Source: a virus
Lineage: Duplodnaviria; Caudoviricetes
Reading direction: 5' to 3' (one strand)
DNA length: 64,000 nucleotides
Virus record (IMG/VR): IMGVR_UViG_3300033066_002329
Location: 1-64,000 of that record
Shown here: positions 46,695 to 56,880 of the stretch, piece by piece
Layout of the letters: every line of letters starts with the position of its first letter
Position numbering within the stretch: the stretch's first letter is position 1
Position numbers and translations under genes: made by a program
The notes under the pieces: generated by a model
The model's input: only the letters and a program-made list of their open reading frames with translations
The model's database searches: none
Told to the model about the DNA's origin: nothing

Positions 46695-47642
46695 TTATTT
46701 TAGCCATAAATAATCATGGCTGATTTTTGTATCATAAGTTGCAAATTCTACAATTTCTTTTTTTGGCATAATCCAACCATCATTTCTCAATTGTTCTATT
46801 GCTGTTTTTATTTTAAATTCAAATTCCTCTCTACCGACATGATAATCTCTAATTGTAATCATTAGAATATACTTACCATCATCAATTTTTTTGAATACAT
46901 TCTTAGACAAATGGCCATTAACTCTTCTTGCAGACGCTGTCAACTCTTCTCTCGCTTCTTTAGACCCATCAAATTCTACTCCTATGTGGCTCTCAAAATA
47001 GCAACCTGTAGGCATTGACTCTCCTTCTTTTTGAGGAGCTCCTGGATGCCAAGGTGCTGTTTCTACTTTTTCTCTAACTACTTTATACCCCAATCGTTTT
47101 AGAGAACCTGATATTCTTTGGAGCTCTTCATAAACACCTCTATTGTCTCCTACATATTTGGATGATGTCATAACATCATTTGATAAATCTCCTTCGCTAT
47201 TTTCTAAATCTAATACGATAGCTTTAACATTCAATTTTGTGCATGCATTTTGAAAAAGCTTAATAAAATCTTCTAATGGCATTTCATTATCTCTTTCAAC
47301 TGTTACATGTATTTCATATGGTAGTGGAAAGTTAGCACTCTCTTCTTTTGCTTGTAATCCTTGCCACATTTGAGATTTTTCAAACATCATTTCTTCAATG
47401 TCTTCATGCTCAAACCCAAGGTCATATGCAATTGATATTGCTGCTAGAACTGTATCTACTACTTCTTCTAATATATTATGCTTATCAACAAATCTATGTC
47501 TACAAGCATAAGCAGAATCAAAAGGAAGTGCTACTTTTGCAAGCTCTCCTCCCTCTTCAAATACTTTAGAAACTTTTTGAGATAAATTTTTCTTATCTCT
47601 CTTTGATAACTCCTGAATGTAATCTAATATTTTTTTATCCAT
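46695..47642 (-). CDS. MazG-like NTP pyrophosphohydrolase fused to C-terminal domain
   Basis: KVFEEGGELAK...ILEEVVDTV. Confidence 0.65.
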   Translation of the reverse strand: MDKKILDYIQELSKRDKKNLSQKVSKVFEEGGELAKVALPFDSAYACRHRFVDKHNILEEVVDTVLAAISIAYDLGFEHEDIEEMMFEKSQMWQGLQAKEESANFPLPYEIHVTVERDNEMPLEDFIKLFQNACTKLNVKAIVLDLENSEGDLSNDVMTSSKYVGDNRGVYEELQRISGSLKRLGYKVVREKVETAPWHPGAPQKEGESMPTGCYFESHIGVEFDGSKEAREELTASARRVNGHLSKNVFKKIDDGKYILMITIRDYHVGREEFEFKIKTAIEQLRNDGWIMPKKEIVEFATYDTKISHDYLWLK

Positions 47643-47748
47643 AATGCAAATATAATAAAAAAACAGTTAAAGAACATTTACTGTCGAGCTTAATGGGTAT
47701 TTCAAGGCTTCAGATTTTGTTCAGTACTATAAGCCTTTTTTCCTCTGT

Positions 47749-48075
47749 TTATTTTGAAAGTTTTTCGTAATCTTTATTTAAAGATTTAAAACTTGTATAT
47801 AACTCTTTAGAAATGTTTTTACTCTTATAGTTTTCTTCAAGTCTTGCTTTAATATCGGAAATATAATTTTTGCCTCTACCTGAATCTTTTGCAGCAGCAG
47901 ATAAAGATATCTTTCTTCTAATAGCAAGCTTTAAGATTTTAATACCATTTTCAAGGCTAACAACAGAACTACTTCTTCTTAATGTTTTAACAGCAGTTTT
48001 TGTGCTTCTTTTTGTAATAACTTTGCCAGTAGCTTTTTTTGCTACTTTCTTTTTGCTTTTTAAATTTGTTTTCAT
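47749..48075 (-). CDS. basic hypothetical protein (possible DNA-binding)
   Basis: Lys/Arg-rich ORF. Confidence 0.55.
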   Translation of the reverse strand: MKTNLKSKKKVAKKATGKVITKRSTKTAVKTLRRSSSVVSLENGIKILKLAIRRKISLSAAAKDSGRGKNYISDIKARLEENYKSKNISKELYTSFKSLNKDYEKLSK

Positions 48076-48151
48076 TTTTATCTTTTTTTAATTTAACAAC
48101 CAAATATAATAAAACACAAACTAAAAACCAAATTTTTAAAAAATTTTCCCG

Positions 48152-48688
48152 CTATTCTTCTTTTTTTATTTTTGCAATAAGATATTTGGTCACTTCTTCC
48201 CATCCGTTAAAAGGTTCAGTACCGAACATAATATGTTCTCCGATAAAATTAGATGCGCCATATTTAGTTCTATCATCTACAAGATAATGTCCTATAGACC
48301 TATCTTTTCTAAAGGTAAGGTCCATTCTTTTATATCCCCATTCTCCAAAGTTTTTTTCAACCCAAATTCTTTTTTCAATAAAAGAGTGTGGATTACTCCA
48401 AGATGGAGCAGACAAAAATCTAATTTGAAAGTGTTTATCCAATTCTTCAATTGCCTCTTTTGCTCCAGGCATTAATTCTAATTCTGCATAGAAATTAGGT
48501 TGTCTATATAATTTTTTATCTGCAAATTCTTTAGCTGTTAATCCTAATTTTTCGCCCCATATTCCTGCTGTTTTTTCAAAATCTGCCACAACTCCATCCA
48601 TATCTAAATATAGAGTAGGTTTTCCTTCTGCTAATTCAAGAGCATTTAATAATGTTTTAATTTGTTCTTCAGTAAGATGTTTTTTCAT
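48152..48688 (-). CDS. 5(3)-deoxyribonucleotidase (HAD, NT5C-like)
   Basis: LYLDMDGVVADF...EKRIWV...YLVDDR. Confidence 0.85.
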   Translation of the reverse strand: MKKHLTEEQIKTLLNALELAEGKPTLYLDMDGVVADFEKTAGIWGEKLGLTAKEFADKKLYRQPNFYAELELMPGAKEAIEELDKHFQIRFLSAPSWSNPHSFIEKRIWVEKNFGEWGYKRMDLTFRKDRSIGHYLVDDRTKYGASNFIGEHIMFGTEPFNGWEEVTKYLIAKIKKEE

Positions 48689-48695
48689 AGTGTTA

Positions 48696-49688
48696 TTATT
48701 TTATTAAATGTTTTATTACTGTATGCCAATCTGGAAATTGTTCACTTCCAAATTTTATCAATGTCCCTTCAAAATCCAATTGATTAGCATGTATATCATC
48801 ATCAATCAAATAATTACCTTTTCCGATAACAAGAGATTTATCACATGATAAAATTAAATTTTCAAGCACATGAAATCCAAGATAGCGTTTAATCCAATCT
48901 GCTTTTTCTGTATAACACATTAAATTATAAATAGAAGGCCTAGTAAGTATATATACTTCATAATGCTCTTCTAAAATTTTAAAGGCATCTATAGCGCCTG
49001 GCAATGGTTCAAGATTACTAAAAAACCCAAATTGAGATTGAGGATATTCTATTTCTGGATGGTCTTTTTTCCAAGCTAAATAAGAACCTTTAAAATCACA
49101 TAATACACCATCCATATCCACAAACATCTTAGGTCTTTGTTTATAATTTAATCTTTTATAAACTTCTTTTCTTGTTTGTGTTTTGTCTCCTCCTAAATCT
49201 CTAATTAAATATCCCTTTGGATAATACGCTGTTGTATCAATTCCTAGTTTCAATCCAGCTTTAATTCCAGCCTCATCAAAACCAGTTTGTCCTCCTGAAC
49301 GAATAGCTTTAATTTTTATCTTAAGTTCAGGATGATTTATTATATCGTATAATAAATCATAAGTAAAAGAATCACATTCTTCTTGAGTCATATGACCCTT
49401 CAAAGTATATATACCATTTCCAGCAATATTAAAAACTATAGAATGCTTTTTATTTAAAAAAGTAGAATTAATAAGCGGAACGATTTTATCTGCCTTATCT
49501 TTAGTATTGCCAGATGGATGAACAGGAATATATAGTTTATTATTTCCAACAGCTAATTCTTTAGTCAACTTCTCTCCTGCAGAATCAAATTTGATTGCGA
49601 TAGCAAAAGTAACATCAGATTTAATTACATTTACTTCTGTTCTATCTTTATATGATGAAGATTTATCTTCGGATAAAATAAATTGCAT
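48696..49688 (-). CDS. SLOG/MoCo-carrier-like domain fused to NT5C-like HAD
   Basis: IRSGGQTGFDEAG; FVDMDGVLCDF...YLIDDD. Confidence 0.75.
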   Translation of the reverse strand: MQFILSEDKSSSYKDRTEVNVIKSDVTFAIAIKFDSAGEKLTKELAVGNNKLYIPVHPSGNTKDKADKIVPLINSTFLNKKHSIVFNIAGNGIYTLKGHMTQEECDSFTYDLLYDIINHPELKIKIKAIRSGGQTGFDEAGIKAGLKLGIDTTAYYPKGYLIRDLGGDKTQTRKEVYKRLNYKQRPKMFVDMDGVLCDFKGSYLAWKKDHPEIEYPQSQFGFFSNLEPLPGAIDAFKILEEHYEVYILTRPSIYNLMCYTEKADWIKRYLGFHVLENLILSCDKSLVIGKGNYLIDDDIHANQLDFEGTLIKFGSEQFPDWHTVIKHLIK

Positions 49689-49693
49689 ATTAA

Positions 49694-50011
49694 TTAATCT
49701 TTAAATAAAATTTCATTATTACTTTTCATTTCTTTGAAATCATTCTCCCAAATGCAAATTCCATTATCAGAAGATAATACTCTTTCAAATAATTTATCTG
49801 ATATCATAACAGCCCTTAATAATCCTTCAGGCCTTGAATATTCTGCAGGAGTTTCTTCTGGCAAATCACTATTATATTCTTCAATATATGATTTATAATC
49901 TTCCTCACTAAAATGAATTGTATAACCATCTGGTCTTTTTCCCCAACCTGCCTCTGATTCAATCCAAGTTATTAATAATGCCTCTTTCATGTTTTTATAT
50001 TTATACCACAA
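49694..50011 (-). CDS. hypothetical protein
   Basis: ORF (ESEAGWGKRPDG). Confidence 0.6.
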   Translation of the reverse strand: MWYKYKNMKEALLITWIESEAGWGKRPDGYTIHFSEEDYKSYIEEYNSDLPEETPAEYSRPEGLLRAVMISDKLFERVLSSDNGICIWENDFKEMKSNNEILFKD

Positions 50012-50103
50012 AGATACAAATATTTTATTATATAAAAAAATTACTTTTTTAATGGATTTTTTTTGCTTTTATTATTACTATTTATAAACAAAAATAAGAA
50101 AAT

Positions 50104-50544
50104 ATGATTACTAATTTTTTAAAAAATCTATGGAATAAATTATTCCCAAAAAAGCAAGAAATTGCTAAAACAACTAATGATTGGACTCCTTCTAAGGAGC
50201 TACAGGCTTATATAAAATCGTCAATAAACGATAGCCCAGTTAACACTCCTGCTCCTATTGAAATCATCAAAGAAGCAGAAATAGAACCAGTTATTATTGA
50301 GCCTCAAATTCAAACTATTGAAATTTCTAATACTACATCTGTTGCAGAAAATTTCGAAGAGCATGCAACATCAAAAAAAGCTCCTATTAAAAAAGCTACT
50401 ACTAAAAAAGCAGCCACAAAAAAAACTCCATTGAAAAAAGCTCCTGCAAAAAAAGCTTCTATAAAAAAGGCTCCTGTGAAAAAAACTCCTGCAAAAAAAA
50501 CAACAAATAAAACAATAAATAAAACAACAAAAAACAAAAAGTAA
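50104..50544 (+). CDS. protein with histone-like KKAP/KKAT repeat tail
   Basis: KKAPIKKATTKKAATKKTP repeats. Confidence 0.65.
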   Translation: MITNFLKNLWNKLFPKKQEIAKTTNDWTPSKELQAYIKSSINDSPVNTPAPIEIIKEAEIEPVIIEPQIQTIEISNTTSVAENFEEHATSKKAPIKKATTKKAATKKTPLKKAPAKKASIKKAPVKKTPAKKTTNKTINKTTKNKK

Positions 50545-50545
50545 A

Positions 50546-50956
50546 ATGGCAAACAACAATAAAGAAAAAACTTATTTTTTCGGATGGCAAAACATAAAGT
50601 GGCTAATACGTGAAATGGCCGCTATGTATAGTAACAGAAAAAGTTACTTTAGTAAAAAAAGATTTGAAAGCTCTATGGCTTTTTTATCAGCATTAGGAGT
50701 TATCCTTGCTCATGTAATTATACATATTCATACAATAAGCAACTCTGAAATACTTGCAGATGCAGCGCTTTTATTTGGTGTAGCTGGATATACAGTAGGT
50801 CAAATCCAAAAAGAGAAAAAAGAATTGCCTAACTCTGAAGATACAGGAGAAACTCAAGAATCCAACTCAATTAAACAAGATAATAAATCTACAAAAAAAT
50901 TGATAACAGAAAACACAGATAAAACTGATTATTCAAAAGATGAAGATGCAGTGTAA
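50546..50956 (+). CDS. two-TM membrane protein (holin-like possible)
   Basis: Two hydrophobic helices, charged tail. Confidence 0.5.
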   Translation: MANNNKEKTYFFGWQNIKWLIREMAAMYSNRKSYFSKKRFESSMAFLSALGVILAHVIIHIHTISNSEILADAALLFGVAGYTVGQIQKEKKELPNSEDTGETQESNSIKQDNKSTKKLITENTDKTDYSKDEDAV

Positions 50957-50971
50957 AAAAAGCGACCTAAA

Positions 50972-51316
50972 TTAGGTCGCTTTTTTATTTAATGTAGACA
51001 TTTCTTCTATTGCTTGAAAATTATCATCTATTTTTTTACAAATAGCTTTAAAGTTTTTTATAATTTCATCAGAGAATCTAAACCATTCACCTTCAAGTTT
51101 ATTTCCATCTTCTTCATGAGCTTGAAATGATGAATAACTATTATGGATAGCTGCTTCTATTTGAGAAGCTCTATTTGTTTTATAAAAATCAGTAACAAGC
51201 AATTTTTTTGCACTGCCAGTTTGCAATTCTTTTAAACGTTTTTGAGGATTTTTCTTGGTAAAGCCAACCTTACAAACATTTGAGCCTTCTACTTGTATTA
51301 AATAAACAAATTTCAC
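50972..51316 (-). CDS. GIY-YIG-like T5orf172/MUG113 domain protein
   Basis: VYLIQ...KVGFT...RLKELQTGS...GEWF. Confidence 0.75.
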   Translation of the reverse strand: MKFVYLIQVEGSNVCKVGFTKKNPQKRLKELQTGSAKKLLVTDFYKTNRASQIEAAIHNSYSSFQAHEEDGNKLEGEWFRFSDEIIKNFKAICKKIDDNFQAIEEMSTLNKKAT

Positions 51317-51351
51317 AATTAAATATATAACTTATTTTTTTAATAAACAAA

Positions 51352-51768
51352 TTATTGCATACCTGAATTATCAAAATAATATTTATATCCTTCTTCATTA
51401 TTATCAATTTCTGACATAGGAATTTTATGAGCAATTGATTTTATATATGGTATTAACTCTACAATTATTTCATTGTCTTCGGATTCAGTTAATCTATTAA
51501 TTTCCATATATCCTCTAAGTAATCCTCCATAAATAATATAACACCTTTTCCCAGGTATTGTTTTGGGGACTGAACCTACTATAATATCAAGAGTTTGAGA
51601 ATTAGCTTTTAATTTTATAAAATAAGCTATATATTCAGACCAACTTCTATCTTTAGGTAAAGATATAATTATATCTCTATCTTGTAAATCTGTTATTTTT
51701 TTAAGGATATCCATATACAATAAATAATATTCAAAAAAACAAAACCCCGCTTTACAGCAGGGTTTCAT
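51352..51768 (-). CDS. hypothetical protein
   Basis: ORF. Confidence 0.55.
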   Translation of the reverse strand: MKPCCKAGFCFFEYYLLYMDILKKITDLQDRDIIISLPKDRSWSEYIAYFIKLKANSQTLDIIVGSVPKTIPGKRCYIIYGGLLRGYMEINRLTESEDNEIIVELIPYIKSIAHKIPMSEIDNNEEGYKYYFDNSGMQ

Positions 51769-51786
51769 AAGAATAATATTATTTTA

Positions 51787-53238
51787 TTATAATTCTACAC
51801 TATTTTTAATTGTATTAGTAAGAATGTTAATATCTTGCTCTGCAAGTTTCATAAGGTCAAAAATCTTTTCAGAAAATCCAACTAAAAAAATCACCTTATT
51901 TCCAACAAATTGAATTGTTGGATTACCTGCTAAATCAAAATTATATAAAAATGGATTTGCCCCTGTTTTCTTTTTATAATCATTAAAGCAATATTGACTT
52001 GAATTCATTTGACCCCAAGCTTCTCCATCTGATAATATAATCAAACGGTCATATTTATTTTTTTCTTTATCCATTAATTCAAAAAACTTACTATATTTTG
52101 TTCCTCCAAGGTCAATTCCATTAAACTTTTCACTGATAGTAAAAATACTATCTTTTAAATTAAAGTTTACATAATTAGCAGTATCTCCAAATACAATTAC
52201 ATCAGCATTATTTGATTTTGCTAATACAGCAGCAAATAAACCTCCAATTTTAGTTGGTTGACCACGCATAGAACCTGAACGGTCATATATTACACAAGTT
52301 TTTCCTGGTAATGCTGGAACATTAGAACAAGATATTTCAATAGCATCTTCTAATGCTGAGATAACTTGTCTCGAATTGCTTCCTCCTACTTTTTGCAATT
52401 CCTCAATTGCAGTTACAAATTGAAAAGGTAATATTAAAGACTTGGAAATTAAATTTTTATCTCTAAGCAAATTACATGCAGCATCTATAGACTCAGGAGA
52501 TTGAATCATTATATTTCTCAAATTTCTTACAAGAGCTAAATAACCAATCTTCTTAGTTTCAATAAGTTCTTTCCAAACTTGAGCCTTTTTTTCATTTTTA
52601 TCATTACCTGAATTAGACTGTCCTGCCTCAGAAAGTTTTGCCTCCCATGTATCTGTATTTTTTAAAGTACCATTAATAAGTTCAGCAAGAGCTTTCTTGT
52701 TTTTATTTGTTGCTTTAGGATGTACTAAATTAACAATATCAACAAGAGAAACTTCATTTCCTTCTCCTTTATATTTTGCCAATTGATATCCATCAAATTT
52801 ATCAAATGCCTTCGAAAATCCTTTTTTCAGAGAATTTGGTAAAGCCTTATTTTTATTTTTAATAAAATAATAAGATATAATTTCACTCATATCATCTGGT
52901 CTATTAATAATATCTTCAAAGAATTTTTTACTCCATTCTTTACCTGACAAGTATTTCGCAACTTCAACTGCAAGTACATGAGTAATAGAACGCATACCAA
53001 ATGTAGTTCTTGCATATATAGCAGCTTTTGCTGCAAATTTTGGGTCTACTTTTGTTAGTAATTCAGGAATCCTTTTTAAGGTATCTGTAGACTTTTTATA
53101 AAATTGGTCTTGTACAAATGAAGTTAAAAGAATTGACACTAATTCTACTTCTGCTGTTTTTTCATATGCTTGACCACCTGCATAATTAACAGCTTCAACT
53201 CTCTGTGGAGTTATCTTTTTTGTGTTAAATTTTCCCAT
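51787..53238 (-). CDS. Ro60/Rsr-like TROVE-vWA RNA-binding protein
   Basis: NYAGGQAY; YQLAKYK; YLALVRNLRN; YDRSGSM; LSDGE. Confidence 0.88.
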   Translation of the reverse strand: MGKFNTKKITPQRVEAVNYAGGQAYEKTAEVELVSILLTSFVQDQFYKKSTDTLKRIPELLTKVDPKFAAKAAIYARTTFGMRSITHVLAVEVAKYLSGKEWSKKFFEDIINRPDDMSEIISYYFIKNKNKALPNSLKKGFSKAFDKFDGYQLAKYKGEGNEVSLVDIVNLVHPKATNKNKKALAELINGTLKNTDTWEAKLSEAGQSNSGNDKNEKKAQVWKELIETKKIGYLALVRNLRNIMIQSPESIDAACNLLRDKNLISKSLILPFQFVTAIEELQKVGGSNSRQVISALEDAIEISCSNVPALPGKTCVIYDRSGSMRGQPTKIGGLFAAVLAKSNNADVIVFGDTANYVNFNLKDSIFTISEKFNGIDLGGTKYSKFFELMDKEKNKYDRLIILSDGEAWGQMNSSQYCFNDYKKKTGANPFLYNFDLAGNPTIQFVGNKVIFLVGFSEKIFDLMKLAEQDINILTNTIKNSVEL

Positions 53239-53270
53239 TTTCTTTTTTTTAAGGGTTAAACATTTTATGC

Positions 53271-53304
53271 AAAAAAAAAGGACATCATCTTACGACAATA
53301 TCCC
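53271..53304 (-). terminator. terminator between Y-like leader and Ro60 gene
   Basis: GGATATTGTC-GTAA-GATGATGTCC + T run. Confidence 0.75.
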
Positions 53305-53383
53305 ATTCAAACACACTAAAATAAGTTGTATAATTTTATAGCCTGAAATATTCAGGCACTTCCTTATCTTAGTATTTATTTTT

Positions 53384-53453
53384 ATAGGGATATTGTAAAA
53401 AGAGTATTTTGATAAATCTTGGTAATCGAAGTAACTCTTTTAGTCGCCACTAT
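53384..53453 (-). ncRNA. minimal Y RNA-like element (no tRNA module) upstream of Ro60
   Basis: ATAGTGGC..AAAAGAGTTACTTC..TACTCTTTT..ATATCCCTAT; same arms as the three elements at 19.0-19.7 kb. Confidence 0.7.
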
Positions 53454-53640
53454 TTTTTTACTTTTATAAATAACTAATATTATATATATTTAAAATTTAA
53501 TAAAACACTTCTCTTAAATCAAATATTTTTATGTTTTTTTTGTAACTTATTGATTTTCAATGCTAAAATTACTTATTAACTTATATTTTTTTTTCTTTTT
53601 ACGCAAAAAAACATTTATATTTATAAATAAACAGGTTGAT

Positions 53641-53904
53641 ATGGAAAACAATAAAGAAGAAACAAAAGACAAAGCAATCAATGAAGAAATAAAAGATACA
53701 GAAATCTTTTCATTTAGTTGTCTCGTTAATATTATTTTAGATTATTATAGTGAAACTTCTTCTGAAGAAGATTCGTCTGAAGCTTGGAAAAAAGGAACAG
53801 AACACGAAGAAAAAGGTGGAGTATCAGTTCCTAATGATGTAGATGATTTAGTAAAGAAAGCATTTAAATCTCAATTAAAAAAATTTATAAATAAAAATGT
53901 TTAG
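53641..53904 (+). CDS. acidic hypothetical protein
   Basis: Likely start ATG 53641. Confidence 0.55.
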   Translation: MENNKEETKDKAINEEIKDTEIFSFSCLVNIILDYYSETSSEEDSSEAWKKGTEHEEKGGVSVPNDVDDLVKKAFKSQLKKFINKNV

Positions 53905-54712
53905 TGATAACAATTTAATATTATTTTTACTTTGTATTATACCAGTAGTATTTTATTCACTTTTTATTTTTGCTAATTCTCCTTCTTTTTCAATAAGATT
54001 AAAGGCTTCTTTCACTTATTTGTATACAGGTTTATTATCAGTTACTTTGTTACAATTTATTCATTTTATATTTCCTCATTTACATGATGTATTTTTACAA
54101 ATTAATGTAGAAAAATTTACAATACAAAATGAGAATTTTAATTTTGTACAACCTACACTTGGCTCAATCATTCTATTTGCATTTATTCAAGTAGCATTAT
54201 TTGAAGAACTATCAAAATGGGTAGCTTTTAAATGCGTAAGCTATATGCGTGGCAGAAGAAGAAAAAACTTAGACCATCCTTATGCTATAATGTTTTATTC
54301 CTCATTAGTAGCAGCAGCTTTTTCTATAGTTGAAAATATTCAATATGCTCAACGAGCTATGTCTGGTGAATTTGGAATTGTAGAACCTTCAGATATTTTA
54401 ACCATAAGAGCTGTTACATCAGTAATTGTTCATATGGCCTGTGGTTTATTTATGGGTTATTATATGGGTCTGTCCAAAGGTTGCAACAAGCCAAAGGTAA
54501 TTTTATATAATACAATAGGTATTATATTAGCAACTTTTACGCATGGAATCTATGATTTTAATTTAATGAGAACAAATACTGCAAGTGATTTTTTTCATTG
54601 CTTCGGAACTGAAATACACATTCCAAGTTTAGTGATAATAAGTTTCAGCTTATTATCTTGCTATTTAATGTCTTGCTACTTAAAAACTAAAGAGACTACT
54701 AATCTTCAGTAA
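53897..54712 (+). CDS. PrsW-family intramembrane glutamic/metallo-protease
   Basis: FEELSKW; FSIVEN; HMACG; HGIYD. Confidence 0.8.
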   Translation: MFSDNNLILFLLCIIPVVFYSLFIFANSPSFSIRLKASFTYLYTGLLSVTLLQFIHFIFPHLHDVFLQINVEKFTIQNENFNFVQPTLGSIILFAFIQVALFEELSKWVAFKCVSYMRGRRRKNLDHPYAIMFYSSLVAAAFSIVENIQYAQRAMSGEFGIVEPSDILTIRAVTSVIVHMACGLFMGYYMGLSKGCNKPKVILYNTIGIILATFTHGIYDFNLMRTNTASDFFHCFGTEIHIPSLVIISFSLLSCYLMSCYLKTKETTNLQ

Positions 54713-55247
54713 CAACTGTACCATTTTTAATATAATAACTCATTTCATCAAAGATACAAGTTAATATATCCATCAATGTAAATTTTACTTTTAGCTTTAA
54801 ATTTACATCATTATGTTTAAGCTCAATATTATCATCTATAATCAAAGATAAACTTCCAAGCTTATCAGAACCTATCTCACCTTCTAAAGCTTCTATAAAC
54901 TCAATTTCTGGAAGAATATAGACAAATTCTTCATCTGATAAAAACTCATCTGATTCTATAACCATTTTTTTATACAATCTTACTGCTTTATATTTTTTAT
55001 CTAATTTAGTTGCAGTCGCAAATGCTCTAACAACTTCATATTCTTCTGAAAAATATCCCTTAATAAATTCTCTAAGGCCATAAAGTCCATGAACAAGTTC
55101 TTCAATTTTTACATCTTCATCAATTGTAACATAGAAACCCAGAAGTTGCATTAAATATTCATTTATATTTTCTACTCCTTCTGTTGTTACTAATCCATCT
55201 TCTATGTAAAAATTACCATTCTTTTTTATGCTTAATAAATTCTTCAT
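54699..55247 (-). CDS. hypothetical protein
   Basis: ORF. Confidence 0.6.
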   Translation of the reverse strand: MKNLLSIKKNGNFYIEDGLVTTEGVENINEYLMQLLGFYVTIDEDVKIEELVHGLYGLREFIKGYFSEEYEVVRAFATATKLDKKYKAVRLYKKMVIESDEFLSDEEFVYILPEIEFIEALEGEIGSDKLGSLSLIIDDNIELKHNDVNLKLKVKFTLMDILTCIFDEMSYYIKNGTVVTED

Positions 55248-56467
55248 TATTTTACAGTTACAGCATTTAATTTTTCATCAAACTTCAGTTTTAATACAGT
55301 TCCTGGCTTAACTTTTTTACCTAATAAAAATTTAGCAATTGGAGTTTCTACATATGATGTAATTGCTCTCTTAAGAGGTCTTGCTCCATAGTCTCTATCA
55401 TATCCATTATCCATAAGAAATTTCTTAACAGACATATCAATATTTACTTTGTAACCTTTATTCTCAATTCTACTAATCATATGACCCAATTCAATATCAA
55501 CAATTTTTAAAATATTTTCTTCTGAAAGAGGCTGAAAAACTATCTTTTCATCAATTCTATTTAATAACTCAGGTCTAAATTCTTTTTTAAGTTCAGACAT
55601 GACTTTTTCTGTAACTGAATCATCAATAGAATTGCCTACTGCAAAACCAAGTTTTTTATCGGTTAATATTTTTTCTGTTCCAATGTTAGAAGTCATGATG
55701 ATAATTGTATTCTTAAAATTTATTTCTTTACCATGAGAATCAGAAAGTTTACCCTCATCAAGAACTTGTAATAAAATATTAAAAATATCCTTATGAGCTT
55801 TTTCAATTTCATCAAATAAAACAATTGAATATGGTTTGTTTTTTACTTTTTCTGTTAGTAAACCCTTTTCTTCATGGCCAACATATCCAGGAGGAGCACC
55901 TATTAATTTAGATACATTAAATTTCTCCATATATTCAGACATATCAAATCGTATAAATGATTCATCAGTATCAAACAAATACCTTGATAATATCTTTGCT
56001 AAGTGAGTATTGTGAGACAATATACCATTTGTATAATATCTCCTATTAGAATTTTCATCCAATTCAAGGTCATACATTTCTTCGAAAAACCCAGTAGCAA
56101 CTATTGATTTTATTTCGTCAATCTCAAGTTCTCCATTCCCGCTATCTACATATATTAAATCACCCACTGACAAGTTTGCAACAAAAATTTCATCCATTAA
56201 ATAGTCGAAAACTATATGGTTATCTGCGCACCTTATTTCTTTTCCAGATTTAGTTTTTAGTTCATACACTTCATATGGTATGGTTGTATGTAAATTAACA
56301 ATATCAATAAACCCTTCGTCAGTCAACACTTCATAATCTAATACTTTTTTTGTTTCTACTATTTTTTTATATCCATCAAACTCTTTTTTGTCTAATATAA
56401 AAAACTGTGGTCCATTTTCTCTTTTTCCTTCTATCATAATTTTTAAGTTAAATATTAAAATACTCAA
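55247..56467 (-). CDS. clpC: split-intein C-part fused to C-terminal half of ClpC-like ATPase (AAA2)
   Basis: ...ILSHN then THLAK; DMSEYMEK; GAPPGYVG; LFDEIEKAH; RPELLNRID. Confidence 0.9.
   Translation of the reverse strand: MSILIFNLKIMIEGKRENGPQFFILDKKEFDGYKKIVETKKVLDYEVLTDEGFIDIVNLHTTIPYEVYELKTKSGKEIRCADNHIVFDYLMDEIFVANLSVGDLIYVDSGNGELEIDEIKSIVATGFFEEMYDLELDENSNRRYYTNGILSHNTHLAKILSRYLFDTDESFIRFDMSEYMEKFNVSKLIGAPPGYVGHEEKGLLTEKVKNKPYSIVLFDEIEKAHKDIFNILLQVLDEGKLSDSHGKEINFKNTIIIMTSNIGTEKILTDKKLGFAVGNSIDDSVTEKVMSELKKEFRPELLNRIDEKIVFQPLSEENILKIVDIELGHMISRIENKGYKVNIDMSVKKFLMDNGYDRDYGARPLKRAITSYVETPIAKFLLGKKVKPGTVLKLKFDEKLNAVTVK
56009..56467 (-). mobile_element. C-intein (about 143-153 aa) of split intein
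   Basis: Block B IRCADNH; block F MYDLEL; block G SHN followed by Thr. Confidence 0.85.
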
Positions 56468-56875
56468 TTATTTTTTTATCATATTACTTTTAATGCTTTT
56501 ATGAATATTATATTTAATACTCTCGCCATATTCTAAAATTTTTTTAATAATATAACTATTTAACTCACCATTTAAAGTTGCCATTACTTCTTCATCAATA
56601 ATATCTTCACTTTCACATATTCTTAAAGTTAAATGAAATATTTCATGTGATAACGTACTTATATCTATAATATAATTGTCTCTTTTTATAAATAGAATAA
56701 TTTTATTTGTATTATAAAAACAAATTACACATCCATTTATTTTTTCTATTTTAGATTTTACAATACTGTGTTTTTCATATAATTTTGTTACACTTTTAAA
56801 GTCTGACGAAATTAATACATGTATTAATTTCGTCACATTTTTAATTTTTATAATAAACTCTAAATCTTTCACCAT
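56468..56875 (-). CDS. hypothetical protein with HEIFH motif, inside fractured clpC locus
   Basis: LSHEIFH. Confidence 0.5.
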   Translation of the reverse strand: MVKDLEFIIKIKNVTKLIHVLISSDFKSVTKLYEKHSIVKSKIEKINGCVICFYNTNKIILFIKRDNYIIDISTLSHEIFHLTLRICESEDIIDEEVMATLNGELNSYIIKKILEYGESIKYNIHKSIKSNMIKK

Positions 56876-56880
56876 GCCTA

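Noticed and set aside
50310-50559. Hydrophobic antisense ORFs opposite the KKAP-repeat protein
   Set aside because: Reverse-complement artefacts of Lys-rich repeats
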